From the NCBI GenBank assembly GCA_040264895.1, contig JBDQHL010000005.1:1-50916 (forward strand): 50,916 bases of DNA, in the 5' to 3' direction. The notes below the pieces were generated by a model, which had not been told where the DNA came from, did not search any database, and saw nothing but the letters and a program-made list of their open reading frames with translations. Of the stretch, positions 40,162-49,629 are shown piece after piece. A program made the translations under genes and the position numbers. This stretch comes from Bacteroidota bacterium. GTDB taxonomy: Bacteria; Bacteroidota; Ignavibacteria; Kapaibacteriales; UBA2268. The number at the start of each line of letters is the position of its first letter. The stretch's first letter is position 1.

Positions 40162-40292
40162 TATAGATACTCCGGTGGATTTGTATTTTTAATTCGAGTT
40201 ATTGTAATCGGTCTATTAATATAGACACATGAAGACGAAAAACGTCTTCGAGATGACAATATTTTTTTCATAGTAATAGTACGGAGTCTGAT
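40162..40292. repeat. REP-like nested palindromes between lpxA and wbaP
   Basis: Hairpins GTCTAT/ATAGAC and GAAGACG-AAAAA-CGTCTTC followed by GAGATGAC (GTCATCTCG head on the minus strand); outer ACTCCG/CGGAGT inverted pair. Confidence 0.45.
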
Positions 40293-40342
40293 AGGGAAAG
40301 GTTCGCTTTGGGTACTAAATTTATTTTTATTCTGAGCTGTAA

Positions 40343-41110
40343 CTACCTAAGAATGCCACGTTTGGAGTTTTCAATAAAACCGATACATTCATCAATTTCA
40401 TCTGATAATTCAAAATTTTTCTTATAGTAAGCTATGCCATCTCTGTTATTTTTACCTGAGAAAAGTACAACATTGTAGAAATTTTGTATTTCTTTTATCT
40501 TTTCTAATGTGAATCCTCTTCTACTTAGGCCTACTTTATTAATCCCTTCTACTTGTGCAGGTATTCTACCTAACAAACAATATGGAGCAACATCTTTAGT
40601 TATCTTCGAGTCTGCACCCAACATTGTATGCTTTCCAACAGTACAGAATTGAGTTATTTTTACTACACCACCAATCACTACCCAATCATCAATACTAACG
40701 TGGCCAGCAAGTTGTGTAGTGTTAGACATAATAATATTGCTCCCAATATAGCAATCGTGAGCGATATGGCAATAAGCCATAATCAGGTTATTATCACCAA
40801 GTACCGTTTTGCCAGTTGCGGTGGTACCACGGTGAATAGTAGCACACTCTCTGATAACATTGTCATTGCCGATTATGGTTTGCGTAGGCTTGTTATCATA
40901 TTTTAAATCTTGCGGTTCAGCTGAAATAACAGCACCTGGGAAGAATCTACAATTATTACCAATTCTCGCTCCATTGTATATAACTACGTGAGCGTGAATA
41001 TCTACATTGTCGCCTATTACAACATCGTCTTCTATTACGCTGTAAGGGCCTATTTTTGCATTTTTACCAATCTTTGCCTTATCTGATATAATTGCTGTGC
41101 TGTGTATCAT
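40343..41110 (-). CDS. lpxA: Acyl-ACP--UDP-N-acetylglucosamine O-acyltransferase
   Basis: Hexapeptide repeats, PQDLKY, IRECATIHRGT, HIAHDC, LAGHV. Confidence 0.96.
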   Translation of the reverse strand: MIHSTAIISDKAKIGKNAKIGPYSVIEDDVVIGDNVDIHAHVVIYNGARIGNNCRFFPGAVISAEPQDLKYDNKPTQTIIGNDNVIRECATIHRGTTATGKTVLGDNNLIMAYCHIAHDCYIGSNIIMSNTTQLAGHVSIDDWVVIGGVVKITQFCTVGKHTMLGADSKITKDVAPYCLLGRIPAQVEGINKVGLSRRGFTLEKIKEIQNFYNVVLFSGKNNRDGIAYYKKNFELSDEIDECIGFIENSKRGILR

Positions 41111-41140
41111 ACTTAATTTGAGTATATTTTAATTCTTATT

Positions 41141-42538
41141 TTATCTTTTTACTAATGCGGCAGAAAAATCTGATTCTGCTGCTAACTTTCCGTCAACATA
41201 AGCTTTACCTTCGAATGCGTAAACTCCCATTCGTGAGTTTAGTATCTTCACTTTAAAAACTAACTGGTCGCCTGGTACTACTGGTGCTCTGAATTTAGCA
41301 TTTTTTATACCAGAGAACAATCCTATTTTTTCGTTAGGGTCAACATTGTCTGCTAACATCATACAAAGTCCGCCTATCTGAGCCATCGCCTCGCATATTA
41401 GCACACCCGGCATAATTGGTTTACCTGGAAAGTGACCATTGAAAAACGGTTCGTTGATAGTTACATTCTTGTAACCCATTATTCTTCTTTCGTTAGGGTC
41501 AAATTCTACCACTCTGTCTATCAGTAAGAACGGGTAGCGATGTGGCAGAAACTCCATAATCTGATTTACATCCAGATTATAGCCCTTACGTTTTTTCATA
41601 TTATACTTATTAGCTTCCTTTTGTTTTAAGTATAATGCTCTCAATTTCTTTGCTAACTCGATATTTGCTGCATGACCAGGACGAGCTCCTAAAATCTGAG
41701 CTTTCATAGGAGCACCAACTAATGTAAGATCCCCAATCATATCAAGTAATTTGTGTCGTGCTGGCTCATTTTTATATCTGAGCTCACGGTCGTCTAATAT
41801 ACCGCTTTCACCACGTTTCGGCTTCTCATCTAAATCGAATATTTCCTTAATCTTGTCTAAATTTTCGTCTTGTAAATCTTCATCTACAATTACTATCGCA
41901 CTTTCTAGGCTACCACCCTTGATTAGGTTAAGCTTATGCAAATCAAATAATTCATGTGAAAAACAAAAAGTTCTTGCAGGAGCAAACTCATCTCTGAATT
42001 CTTTTTCAAAGTCAAAAATTCCAGTATGCTGGCTACCCAAAGCCGGATTAGCATAGTCAACAAGTACAGTCAACCTGTAATCATGATTGGGCAAAGCAAC
42101 TAAATCAACACCCCTAGCGTCTTCAGTATAGCGAATGTTTTCCTCTACTTCAAAGTACTCTCTTTCAGTATCTAATTCAACTATTTCCGTCTGATCTAAA
42201 ACATTGACATAAGGTTTTGAACTGCCATCACCCACAGGTGGCTCGTTGTTAGTCAACTCTATTCGGCAGTTGTCTATTCTTAGGCCAACCAATGCAGCAA
42301 GTACATGCTCTACTGTGTGAACTTTTACATCATCGATTCCGAGAGTTGTACCTCTTGATAAATCGACAACGTTTTCAACTACTGCTTCAATTTCTAAATC
42401 TGGATTTGCATCCATTCGGATGAACTTATAACCATAGTCGGCAGGCGCAGGGCAAAAAGTGATAGTGCTTTTGTTACCAGTGTGTAGCCCTATTCCTTCA
42501 AAGGAAACTTTGCCACTAATACTTGTTTGTTTTTCCAT
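41141..42538 (-). CDS. lpxC-fabZ: Bifunctional LpxC deacetylase / FabZ dehydratase
   Basis: GIGLHTG, TVEHVLAAL, APARTF, RHKLLDMIGD; LPHRYPFLLID, GHFPGKPIMPGVLICEAMAQ. Confidence 0.96.
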   Translation of the reverse strand: MEKQTSISGKVSFEGIGLHTGNKSTITFCPAPADYGYKFIRMDANPDLEIEAVVENVVDLSRGTTLGIDDVKVHTVEHVLAALVGLRIDNCRIELTNNEPPVGDGSSKPYVNVLDQTEIVELDTEREYFEVEENIRYTEDARGVDLVALPNHDYRLTVLVDYANPALGSQHTGIFDFEKEFRDEFAPARTFCFSHELFDLHKLNLIKGGSLESAIVIVDEDLQDENLDKIKEIFDLDEKPKRGESGILDDRELRYKNEPARHKLLDMIGDLTLVGAPMKAQILGARPGHAANIELAKKLRALYLKQKEANKYNMKKRKGYNLDVNQIMEFLPHRYPFLLIDRVVEFDPNERRIMGYKNVTINEPFFNGHFPGKPIMPGVLICEAMAQIGGLCMMLADNVDPNEKIGLFSGIKNAKFRAPVVPGDQLVFKVKILNSRMGVYAFEGKAYVDGKLAAESDFSAALVKR

Positions 42539-42560
42539 TTATTACGGACGCTATAATAAT

Positions 42561-42596
42561 AAAAAAGGATTGAATATTATTCAATCCTCAAAAATA
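42561..42596 (-). terminator. Terminator hairpin abutting a -7 promoter box upstream of lpxC-fabZ
   Basis: Minus strand TATTTTTG-AGGATTGAAT-AAT-ATTCAATCC-TTTTTT. Confidence 0.6.
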
Positions 42597-42676
42597 AGTA
42601 AAATTACTGAAATGGAGTAATATGGGGATTAATTAGTTAGAACGAAAGATATTTCTTAAGATATTTATTATATTAA

Positions 42677-43120
42677 TCACTCTGACTGAAGCGAGGGTAA
42701 GTCATATTTAGGTGGGTTTTCTCGTTCTTCTATCTTCTCTTCTAAGTGCCAAATAGTAGTAAATGATAATAGAAATAAAGTGTAAAAACTATAGAACAAC
42801 CAATTATTAACTGGACTCATTAAGTAAGCTGTAGAAATCATTCCTACTTGACCAACTAGTGAAACTAAAAATATATAAATGCTTGACTTGTGCTTATATT
42901 TTTTGATATAATGATTAGAATGATCTTTAAAGAAACCATTTTTGATTAATACAGATTCAATCAAAACAAATAGTAATGAAACCAAGTTAAGGGGTACAAC
43001 TTCTTTATGATTTATATTAGAAATGAAATCAGGTAAGCTATTAAAATAGAATACAATAACAGGCATTGAAAAAAACATTCCTTGTATCACATTCTTTTTC
43101 TTCCTTTCAATGTAAGCCAT
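42677..43120 (-). CDS. Hypothetical integral membrane protein (about 4 TM) inserted between lpxD and lpxC
   Basis: 147-aa ORF with four hydrophobic segments, very AT-rich; no recognised family. Confidence 0.6.
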   Translation of the reverse strand: MAYIERKKKNVIQGMFFSMPVIVFYFNSLPDFISNINHKEVVPLNLVSLLFVLIESVLIKNGFFKDHSNHYIKKYKHKSSIYIFLVSLVGQVGMISTAYLMSPVNNWLFYSFYTLFLLSFTTIWHLEEKIEERENPPKYDLPSLQSE

Positions 43121-43184
43121 AATTTATCTCTCTATTTTTTACTAATATAATAAAAATTAAGAGTTAACAAAATGGAGGGGTAAG

Positions 43185-44210
43185 CTACTTACCTTTCTCT
43201 AGCTTACTCACTTTGCGAGCTAAGTCTGGTAGGTTATTTATGACAGCCTCTATTTTGAAAGCCTGCATTTGTGGGCGAGCAGGAGAACCAAAGTAAACGC
43301 CTTTTTCTGATATGTTTTTATTTGTGCCCGATTGAGCAATTAGGGTTACGTCATTGCCAATTCTTAAGTGGCCTGCAATTCCTACTTGTCCACCAAGGCG
43401 AACACGCTTGCCCAATTTGGTTGAGCCAGCTAAGCCAGTTTGTGCGGCTATCCCTGTGTTTTCCTCTATCACACAGTTGTGACCTATTTGACAAAGATTG
43501 TCAATTTTTACACCGTCGCCAATTATAGTGCTACCAACTACAGCACGGTCTATAGTTGTGTTACAACCGATTTCTACATCGTCACCTACTATTACATTTC
43601 CTATTTGAGGTATCTTGGTGTATGAGCCATCTTCTTTATTTTCAGTGAAACCAAAGCCATCACCACCAATTATAGCACCAGCATGAATTATACAGTTGGA
43701 ACCGATAAGTATATCCTTGTAGCAGACTACATTAGGGAATAGTCGGTTATTCTTACCAATCTGAACATTGTCCTGAATTGTAACGTTTGCTTCTAATATT
43801 GTGCCTTCATCTATTCTGCAGTTATTTCCGATAACACAATTTGGGCCAATGTAAACTGACTCATCGATGAAAGTATTCTCACCAACTACTGCCGATTTGT
43901 GAATACCAGAATTATTCTCTTGAGAGATAAAGTCAACTAACTTAATAATTTTAATAAAAGCAGAGTAAGGATCATCAACCTTTATAAAGGTTTGACCTGA
44001 CTGGGGTTGCACATCAATATCACGAGGCACAATAATACAAGTAGCCTCAGACTCATTTAAGAAATCTTTAAACTTTTGGTCTGAAAAAAAAGTTAGCTCG
44101 CCATTAGTAGCAAACTCAATTCTGTTCAAATTAAAAATTGAAACTGAACCATTGCCAATTATTTCGCCTTCTATAGTTTCAGCAATTTCCTTACACTTTA
44201 TCGATTTCAT
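43185..44210 (-). CDS. lpxD: UDP-3-O-acyl-glucosamine N-acyltransferase
   Basis: Hexapeptide repeats, IGGDGFGF, KIPQIG, IDRA, KIDNLCQIGHN, GQVGIAGH. Confidence 0.96.
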   Translation of the reverse strand: MKSIKCKEIAETIEGEIIGNGSVSIFNLNRIEFATNGELTFFSDQKFKDFLNESEATCIIVPRDIDVQPQSGQTFIKVDDPYSAFIKIIKLVDFISQENNSGIHKSAVVGENTFIDESVYIGPNCVIGNNCRIDEGTILEANVTIQDNVQIGKNNRLFPNVVCYKDILIGSNCIIHAGAIIGGDGFGFTENKEDGSYTKIPQIGNVIVGDDVEIGCNTTIDRAVVGSTIIGDGVKIDNLCQIGHNCVIEENTGIAAQTGLAGSTKLGKRVRLGGQVGIAGHLRIGNDVTLIAQSGTNKNISEKGVYFGSPARPQMQAFKIEAVINNLPDLARKVSKLEKGK

Positions 44211-44230
44211 TACTTTTCTCTCAGTTGTAT

Positions 44231-44857
44231 TTATCTACGAGTACCACGTCTTACCCTACGCGGGTTTTTCTCGGTATCTCTTTGGTTACGAGGGTCTTTA
44301 TCTATCTTTTCTTTTAGCTCGTCTTCCATTTGCTTGACGTCGACACCAAGCTCTTTCAATATTTTGACGGTCAAATCATATTTGAAATTGGCATAGGCTA
44401 ACGGCTGAACACTTTGATCTAAAATAATATCAAACCCCTCTTCCGCAGATACCTTCTGTACAGCTGCATATATTTTTGCCTCTACTGGCTGTTGTATCAT
44501 CTTAACCGTTTTATCGAATTCGCCACCGGGTTTAAACCTTTCAGTGGCGTATTCGTCTTTTTTCTTCTTCAGCTTTTCTAAGTCCATCTCATTTTTTCTT
44601 CTTTCATCATCAGACCAGATGAGACGGTTCTTTTTTAGGTCGTATTCTAACTTACTTATTTGCTCTTGCATTGCCTTTATTTCACGCTTCCACTCATCAA
44701 CTATAGTTTGAATCCTTTGCTCTGCTTGCTTTGCTTCTTGGAATTTTTCACGGATTGTCTCCGAGTTGAAAAATCCTACTCTTTGTGAATAAAGAGAGGG
44801 TGTAGCAACAGCTAACAAACCAACAATTAGTAATATTTTATATAGTCTATGAGTCAT
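44231..44857 (-). CDS. skp: OmpH/Skp family chaperone
   Basis: QRVGFFNSETI, coiled coil, GFDIILD, YDLTVKILKELG. Confidence 0.88.
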   Translation of the reverse strand: MTHRLYKILLIVGLLAVATPSLYSQRVGFFNSETIREKFQEAKQAEQRIQTIVDEWKREIKAMQEQISKLEYDLKKNRLIWSDDERRKNEMDLEKLKKKKDEYATERFKPGGEFDKTVKMIQQPVEAKIYAAVQKVSAEEGFDIILDQSVQPLAYANFKYDLTVKILKELGVDVKQMEDELKEKIDKDPRNQRDTEKNPRRVRRGTRR

Positions 44858-44861
44858 AAAT

Positions 44862-45312
44862 TTAGTCGCAATTATTCAATAAATTAATTAGCTTTAACTC
44901 CTCTAGTTTATCTAGCTTCTTTAAGGCTTCATTTATTTTAGCCTTTACTCCTTCTTGTACTCTATCTGCTAGCTAGTTCAAACTTACCATTAGGTTCAAA
45001 CCATTCACTAGCAAATTTGTCTTTCCTTTCTTTGAACTTCTCTAGATTCAATTTAATCTTGTTCTTGTCATTTTCTGACAATTCAAGTTCTTTATCCTTT
45101 AAAGCTATTTTTAATTCATTTATTCTTTCGCTCAAAGAATCTAACTTAAATTTAGCTTCATCAACAGCTGTATGAATCTTATGCTTAGCCAACTTCAACA
45201 TTTCACATATTTCAACAGAGTCCATCGGTTCTGAAGACTGAGAGTGCAGTAATGGACTAGCAAATGCTAATACCAAAACAAATGATAATATATAGAACCG
45301 TATGATAAACAT
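44862..45312 (-). pseudogene. Divergent third Skp/OmpH paralog with a frameshift at CTAGCTAG
   Basis: DKFASEWFEPNGKFEL matches the neighbour's DEYATERFKPGGEFDK. After a shift near 44968-44976 the frame reads ADRVQEGVKAKINEALKK (neighbour VKMIQQPVEAKIYAAVQK) to TAA 44862-44864, 4 nt before the next ATG. Confidence 0.7.
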
Positions 45313-45326
45313 AAAATGTAAACTGA

Positions 45327-45851
45327 TTAGTTAGAACCCCTTTTCAGCATATCCAAAACTTTGAATGTAATATCAAGTTTATCATCTGCGAAGAGAACGG
45401 ATTCAGTACTGCTATCTAAAACTATAGTTAGCTTCTCAGCAGCAGCTACTTTGTCAATAGCTTCCTTTATCTTGTTTCTAAGTGGTTGTAGCAATTCCAA
45501 TCTTTTCATTGCTAACTCACCTTGCTGACCAAATTTGGTTTGTTGGAATTGCATAACCTGTTGGTTAAGTGCTTGCAATTCTTGTTCAGTAGCCAATTGT
45601 TGGTCTTGAGTCATCATGCTTTTTTGCTTTTGGTAATTCTTGAACTTCGCTTCCAAGTCACCCTGCATTTTTAGCAATGAATCTTGGTATGTTGTTGCTA
45701 AAGATTTTATCTCAGTATCTATTTTTTTAGCGTCAGGTAATTGTTCTACTACCATTTGCAAGTTAGCAACACCAACTTTTAATGATTGAGCATTTGCAAA
45801 ACCGAAAGTTGTGAAAATTAAAGCGATTAAGAGTAATTTAAAGTTTTTCAT
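45327..45851 (-). CDS. skp: OmpH/Skp family chaperone
   Basis: AQSLKVGVANLQ, Q-rich coiled coil, LTIVLD, DITFKVLD. Confidence 0.92.
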   Translation of the reverse strand: MKNFKLLLIALIFTTFGFANAQSLKVGVANLQMVVEQLPDAKKIDTEIKSLATTYQDSLLKMQGDLEAKFKNYQKQKSMMTQDQQLATEQELQALNQQVMQFQQTKFGQQGELAMKRLELLQPLRNKIKEAIDKVAAAEKLTIVLDSSTESVLFADDKLDITFKVLDMLKRGSN

Positions 45852-45893
45852 TTTTCCTCTAATTATATCTAATTATTTGTTAAACAATAGTTT

Positions 45894-45901
45894 CAAAGTT
45901 A
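45894..45901 (-). promoter_or_regulatory. Internal -7 promoter box upstream of skp
   Basis: TAACTTTG on the minus strand in the bamA-skp gap. Confidence 0.45.
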
Positions 45902-45927
45902 TAAATTATACAAAACTAATTCAAAAA

Positions 45928-48294
45928 TTATTGACCTATCTCGAATAGGAATTTCCATCCAGGTACATTACCATTTCTGGTAATTGGGTCAAATCCGTAC
46001 CCATAACTAAACCCAATAATACCAATCGGATTAAGTAACATCTTTAGTCCCACACCAGCAGATCGTTTCAAATCAAAAGGGTCAGCTCCACCAAATTCAT
46101 CCCATACATTACCTGCCATAGCAAATGAATAGAAGTATATTGGCATTGGGTTAACAGCTATAGCAAATCTTAGTTCTGCAGTAAATTTAGCGTGTAGTTT
46201 ACCACCTACGTTTTCCAAATCACCATCACCATAACCTCTGAAAGGAATAGTACCAAAGTTAGACAGACCGGCACCACCCATTCTATACAATTCGATTGGT
46301 GCTATTGTAGTGTCATTTTCAATACCCTCAATATATCCAATCTGAGAACCTAAGTAAAGAACTACCCTATCAACCTCGTCAACTCTAAATAAAGAATTGT
46401 AGAAATCGAAATACATTTCTGACTTGAAGAAATCAGTTTCTCCTATACCTACGGCTCCCATAGCCCAATTGTTCGTAAATCTGAATTTTGAACCTTGAGA
46501 TGGGAAGAATAGTTCGTTAGTATTATTACGCGAGATACTACCACCTACAGTAATCTCATTATATTTACCTGGTCTGTAGAACTGACTATTTACACCTGTC
46601 TGCTCATCGATATCATTCAATTGGAACTGAAAGCTACCATCTATACGGAAGTAATCATCAGGCCATTTTACCCTTCTACCAATGTTAACTCTGAAACCCC
46701 TTCTTTGTAAACGCAAAGTAGAGAAATTGTAGAATATATCGAACACATTGAAACCCACAGTAGTAGGCTCGTCTAACAACCAAGGTTCAGTAAATCCAAG
46801 TGAGAAATTACGGTACCTATTACCTTGACCAAATTCCCAGTTAAAGTTGAATACCTGTCCAGCACCACCATTAAGTGGCTCCAATATTGAGAAGTTGTTG
46901 AATGTCAATCCAACTGAACCAGTCAAACCAAAGCTACCGGCAAATCCGATAGATGCGTTGAAAGTATCGGTTGAACGTTCTTCCACATTGTAAACTAAAT
47001 CAACCTGAGTGGCATCATTTTCTACTGGCCTAACATCAGGTCTCAGATTCTCAGGGTTGAAATAACCCATAACTCCTAACTCTTTAACAGACCTTACTAT
47101 AGCAGCTCTGTTGAAGTAATCTCCTGGTCTTGTATAAAGCGTCCTTCTTATTACTTTGTCTTTAGTCTTAGTGTTTCCAGCTATAATAACTTCACGTATT
47201 TTGTAGCGATCGCCTTCCAATACCTTTATGTTAATGTCTATAGTGTCTTCTGCTATTTTTACTTCCTGAGGAACAAACCTAGTTTGCAAGTAACCAGTAT
47301 TATTATAAAGAGAAAGTGCATCAGAAAATTCTTGATTCCCATTCAGGTTCATCATGAATTTCTCTTTATTATAAACATCGCCTACAGAAAAATCCAGTCT
47401 TTCAACAAGTGGACGGTCAGGAAATACAGTATTACCTTCGAAAGTTATATTTCTAATATAATATCTATTACCTTCAATCAGATCCACCTCTATATGAACA
47501 GCTTGGTTTTCTTCGTCATATATAACAGTATCAGACAAAAACTCATAGTCCATGAACCCTTCATTGGCATAGAATCTAGCTAAGAGGTCTTTGTCTTTTT
47601 CATATTCTTTTTTATCAAACTTAGATGAGGACCAAAACTCAAACCAAGATTTAGTGTGAGTTTCATCAAACTCAGAAGCTAGGTCACCATCATCATAGTA
47701 TTCATTACCGTTAAAAGTAATAGACTCTACGTAGAACTCTGTTCCTTCTTCTATGTACAACTTTAAGTCAACATAATCTTTATTATCATCAGATTGAACT
47801 AACTCGGGAAAGAATTTGGCAAAAGTTAACCCTTCCTCATCATACAGTTCTTTTAAACTTTTCTTCATTATATAAAGGTCATATTCAGTAATCACATCGC
47901 CTTTATTCTTATCTATAGCTGTCTTTATCTCTTGGTCGGTAACTTCTTGGTTATTAAGAATTTTTATCTCACCAATTCTTTTATTTTCTTCTACTCTGAT
48001 AGTAAGAAATATACCATCACCTACTACCTTATCTACGACTACTTCTATATTGGAGAATTGTCTTCTTTCCCATAGTGACTTCATAGCTACATTAAGCTCT
48101 TCATCATAAGGATAAGATATAGTTTTTCCCTCAGTTAGTCCAGTTAAGGCAATTATAGTAGAAGGGTCAGCACTCACAGCACCATCTACCTCAATACCCA
48201 ATATTTTATATTTAACTACACTCTCTTGAGATATAGCAGTTGAAAAAATAGTGATAAAAAATAAAAGGAAAAATTTACTTGCGTGTGATAACAT
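45928..48294 (-). CDS. bamA: Outer membrane protein assembly factor BamA
   Basis: POTRA repeats (GNTKTKDKVIRR), VEERSTD, FTEPWL, FRGY lid loop, KRSAGVG, YGYGFD. Confidence 0.95.
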   Translation of the reverse strand: MLSHASKFFLLFFITIFSTAISQESVVKYKILGIEVDGAVSADPSTIIALTGLTEGKTISYPYDEELNVAMKSLWERRQFSNIEVVVDKVVGDGIFLTIRVEENKRIGEIKILNNQEVTDQEIKTAIDKNKGDVITEYDLYIMKKSLKELYDEEGLTFAKFFPELVQSDDNKDYVDLKLYIEEGTEFYVESITFNGNEYYDDGDLASEFDETHTKSWFEFWSSSKFDKKEYEKDKDLLARFYANEGFMDYEFLSDTVIYDEENQAVHIEVDLIEGNRYYIRNITFEGNTVFPDRPLVERLDFSVGDVYNKEKFMMNLNGNQEFSDALSLYNNTGYLQTRFVPQEVKIAEDTIDINIKVLEGDRYKIREVIIAGNTKTKDKVIRRTLYTRPGDYFNRAAIVRSVKELGVMGYFNPENLRPDVRPVENDATQVDLVYNVEERSTDTFNASIGFAGSFGLTGSVGLTFNNFSILEPLNGGAGQVFNFNWEFGQGNRYRNFSLGFTEPWLLDEPTTVGFNVFDIFYNFSTLRLQRRGFRVNIGRRVKWPDDYFRIDGSFQFQLNDIDEQTGVNSQFYRPGKYNEITVGGSISRNNTNELFFPSQGSKFRFTNNWAMGAVGIGETDFFKSEMYFDFYNSLFRVDEVDRVVLYLGSQIGYIEGIENDTTIAPIELYRMGGAGLSNFGTIPFRGYGDGDLENVGGKLHAKFTAELRFAIAVNPMPIYFYSFAMAGNVWDEFGGADPFDLKRSAGVGLKMLLNPIGIIGFSYGYGFDPITRNGNVPGWKFLFEIGQ

Positions 48295-49111
48295 CTATAA
48301 CTTTCTTTATGTATGACTGTTCTGTTGATTGATTAATCTGGCTAGAAGTCTTGCCAAATCTTCGTTCTCTTTGTGCATAATCTCTGAGTGAATCATAAAG
48401 TTCTGATCTTCTGAACTCAGGCCAAAGCTTTTCGGTGAAGTAAATTTCCGAATAAGCAAGCTCCCACAACAGGAAGTTACTAATTCTATACTCTCCACTT
48501 GTTCTGATTAGCAAGTCCGGATCAGGTATATCAGCCGTTTGTAGATAGCTCGAGAATAGTTCCTCGGTCAAATCTTCTGGTGACAACTTACCGCTCCTTA
48601 CGTCTAAAGAAATCATTTGCAATGCTCTCATTATGTCCCAACGGGAACCATAGCTAATTGCAAGATTTAGTTGTAATCCAGTATTGTCCTTAGTTTTTTC
48701 ATAGCTATCTCTAAGTATAGCTTGAACATTCTTAGGAAGTGAATTAATCTTACCAATTGTATTTATAACAACTTGGTTTTTGTTTAATTCATCAAATTCT
48801 TTCTTAAGAAATACTTCTAATAGCTTCATTAGACCATTGACCTCCATAGGAGGACGCTTCCAGTTTTCGATACTAAAAGCATACAAAGTAAGGTGTTTGA
48901 CACCAATTAAGGAAGCTGCATTCACAACATCCCTAACGCTTTCTATCCCTTCCCTATGGCCAAACAAACGCTGCCTACCTTTTTGGTTCGCCCATCTTCC
49001 ATTACCATCCATTATGATAGCAATATGCTTAGGAATATTACCCAATTCCAATATGGAATCTTGAATTTCTTTATCTGATTTACTTTGTTCTTCTTTCCAT
49101 GACATATTCAT
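48275..49111 (-). CDS. uppS: Undecaprenyl diphosphate synthase (cis-prenyltransferase)
   Basis: HIAIIMDGNGRWA, AFSIENWKRP, DPDLLIRTSGEYRISNFLLW, RERRFG; start 49111 or 49105. Confidence 0.96.
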   Translation of the reverse strand: MNMSWKEEQSKSDKEIQDSILELGNIPKHIAIIMDGNGRWANQKGRQRLFGHREGIESVRDVVNAASLIGVKHLTLYAFSIENWKRPPMEVNGLMKLLEVFLKKEFDELNKNQVVINTIGKINSLPKNVQAILRDSYEKTKDNTGLQLNLAISYGSRWDIMRALQMISLDVRSGKLSPEDLTEELFSSYLQTADIPDPDLLIRTSGEYRISNFLLWELAYSEIYFTEKLWPEFRRSELYDSLRDYAQRERRFGKTSSQINQSTEQSYIKKVIDVITRK

Positions 49112-49200
49112 TCTGCACAAATTAGTGAGTTACAAAAATAGTTTTTAATAAGAGAAATAAAAACAATTACCATATAATTTATTAAATTTTAGGTAGTTGC

Positions 49201-49232
49201 TTTGTTTTTTAGATATTGCGTTCGTATATTTG
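49201..49232 (+). promoter_or_regulatory. Bacteroidota-type -33/-7 promoter for the HU gene
   Basis: TTTG (49201-49204), N20, TATATTTG (49225-49232). Confidence 0.6.
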
Positions 49233-49286
49233 CTACCCTTAAACGAGTAAATAAATATTATTGTTTCATATAAATGGAAAATAGAA

Positions 49287-49604
49287 GTGAGTAAAAAAAA
49301 CGTAACAAAAGCTGATATTGTAGAAGTAATAGCTGATAACACTGGGTTAACAAAAGTAGAAACAAAAGCAGTTGTAGAAGGATTTATCGATACGATAATT
49401 GCAACAATTGCTGCTGGCAAACGTATAGAACTAAGAGGGTTCGGAGTGTTTAAACACAAACAAAGAAAGCCAAGAATGGCGCGTAACCCTAAAACTGGAG
49501 AAGAAGTAAAATTAGGTAAAAGATATGTACCAGTTTTCAAAGTATCCCCTGACTTTTTTGACAAAGTTAACGTTGCTATAAAAGAAGACAAAGGCGAAGT
49601 TTAA
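49287..49604 (+). CDS. hup: HU/IHF family DNA-binding protein
   Basis: TKADIV, IELRGFGVF, RMARNPKTGEEV, PVFK. Confidence 0.93.
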   Translation: MSKKNVTKADIVEVIADNTGLTKVETKAVVEGFIDTIIATIAAGKRIELRGFGVFKHKQRKPRMARNPKTGEEVKLGKRYVPVFKVSPDFFDKVNVAIKEDKGEV

Positions 49605-49629
49605 ATTTAAATAATTATTAAGGTGATAT

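Noticed and set aside
39979-40224. 81-aa plus-strand ORF in the wbaP-lpxA spacer
   Set aside because: Non-ATG start, overlaps the wbaP start and promoter region, AT-rich low-information sequence, no motif
41141-42538. lpxC-fabZ fusion as a novelty
   Set aside because: Standard arrangement in Bacteroidota and Chlorobi
5893-48498. Many short ORF-track entries antisense or out of frame within real genes (e.g. 8501-8854, 14649-15041, 35711-36301, 38850-39383, 41751-42056)
   Set aside because: Shadow ORFs wholly overlapping well-supported genes, with Ser/Leu/Ile-rich composition and no motifs
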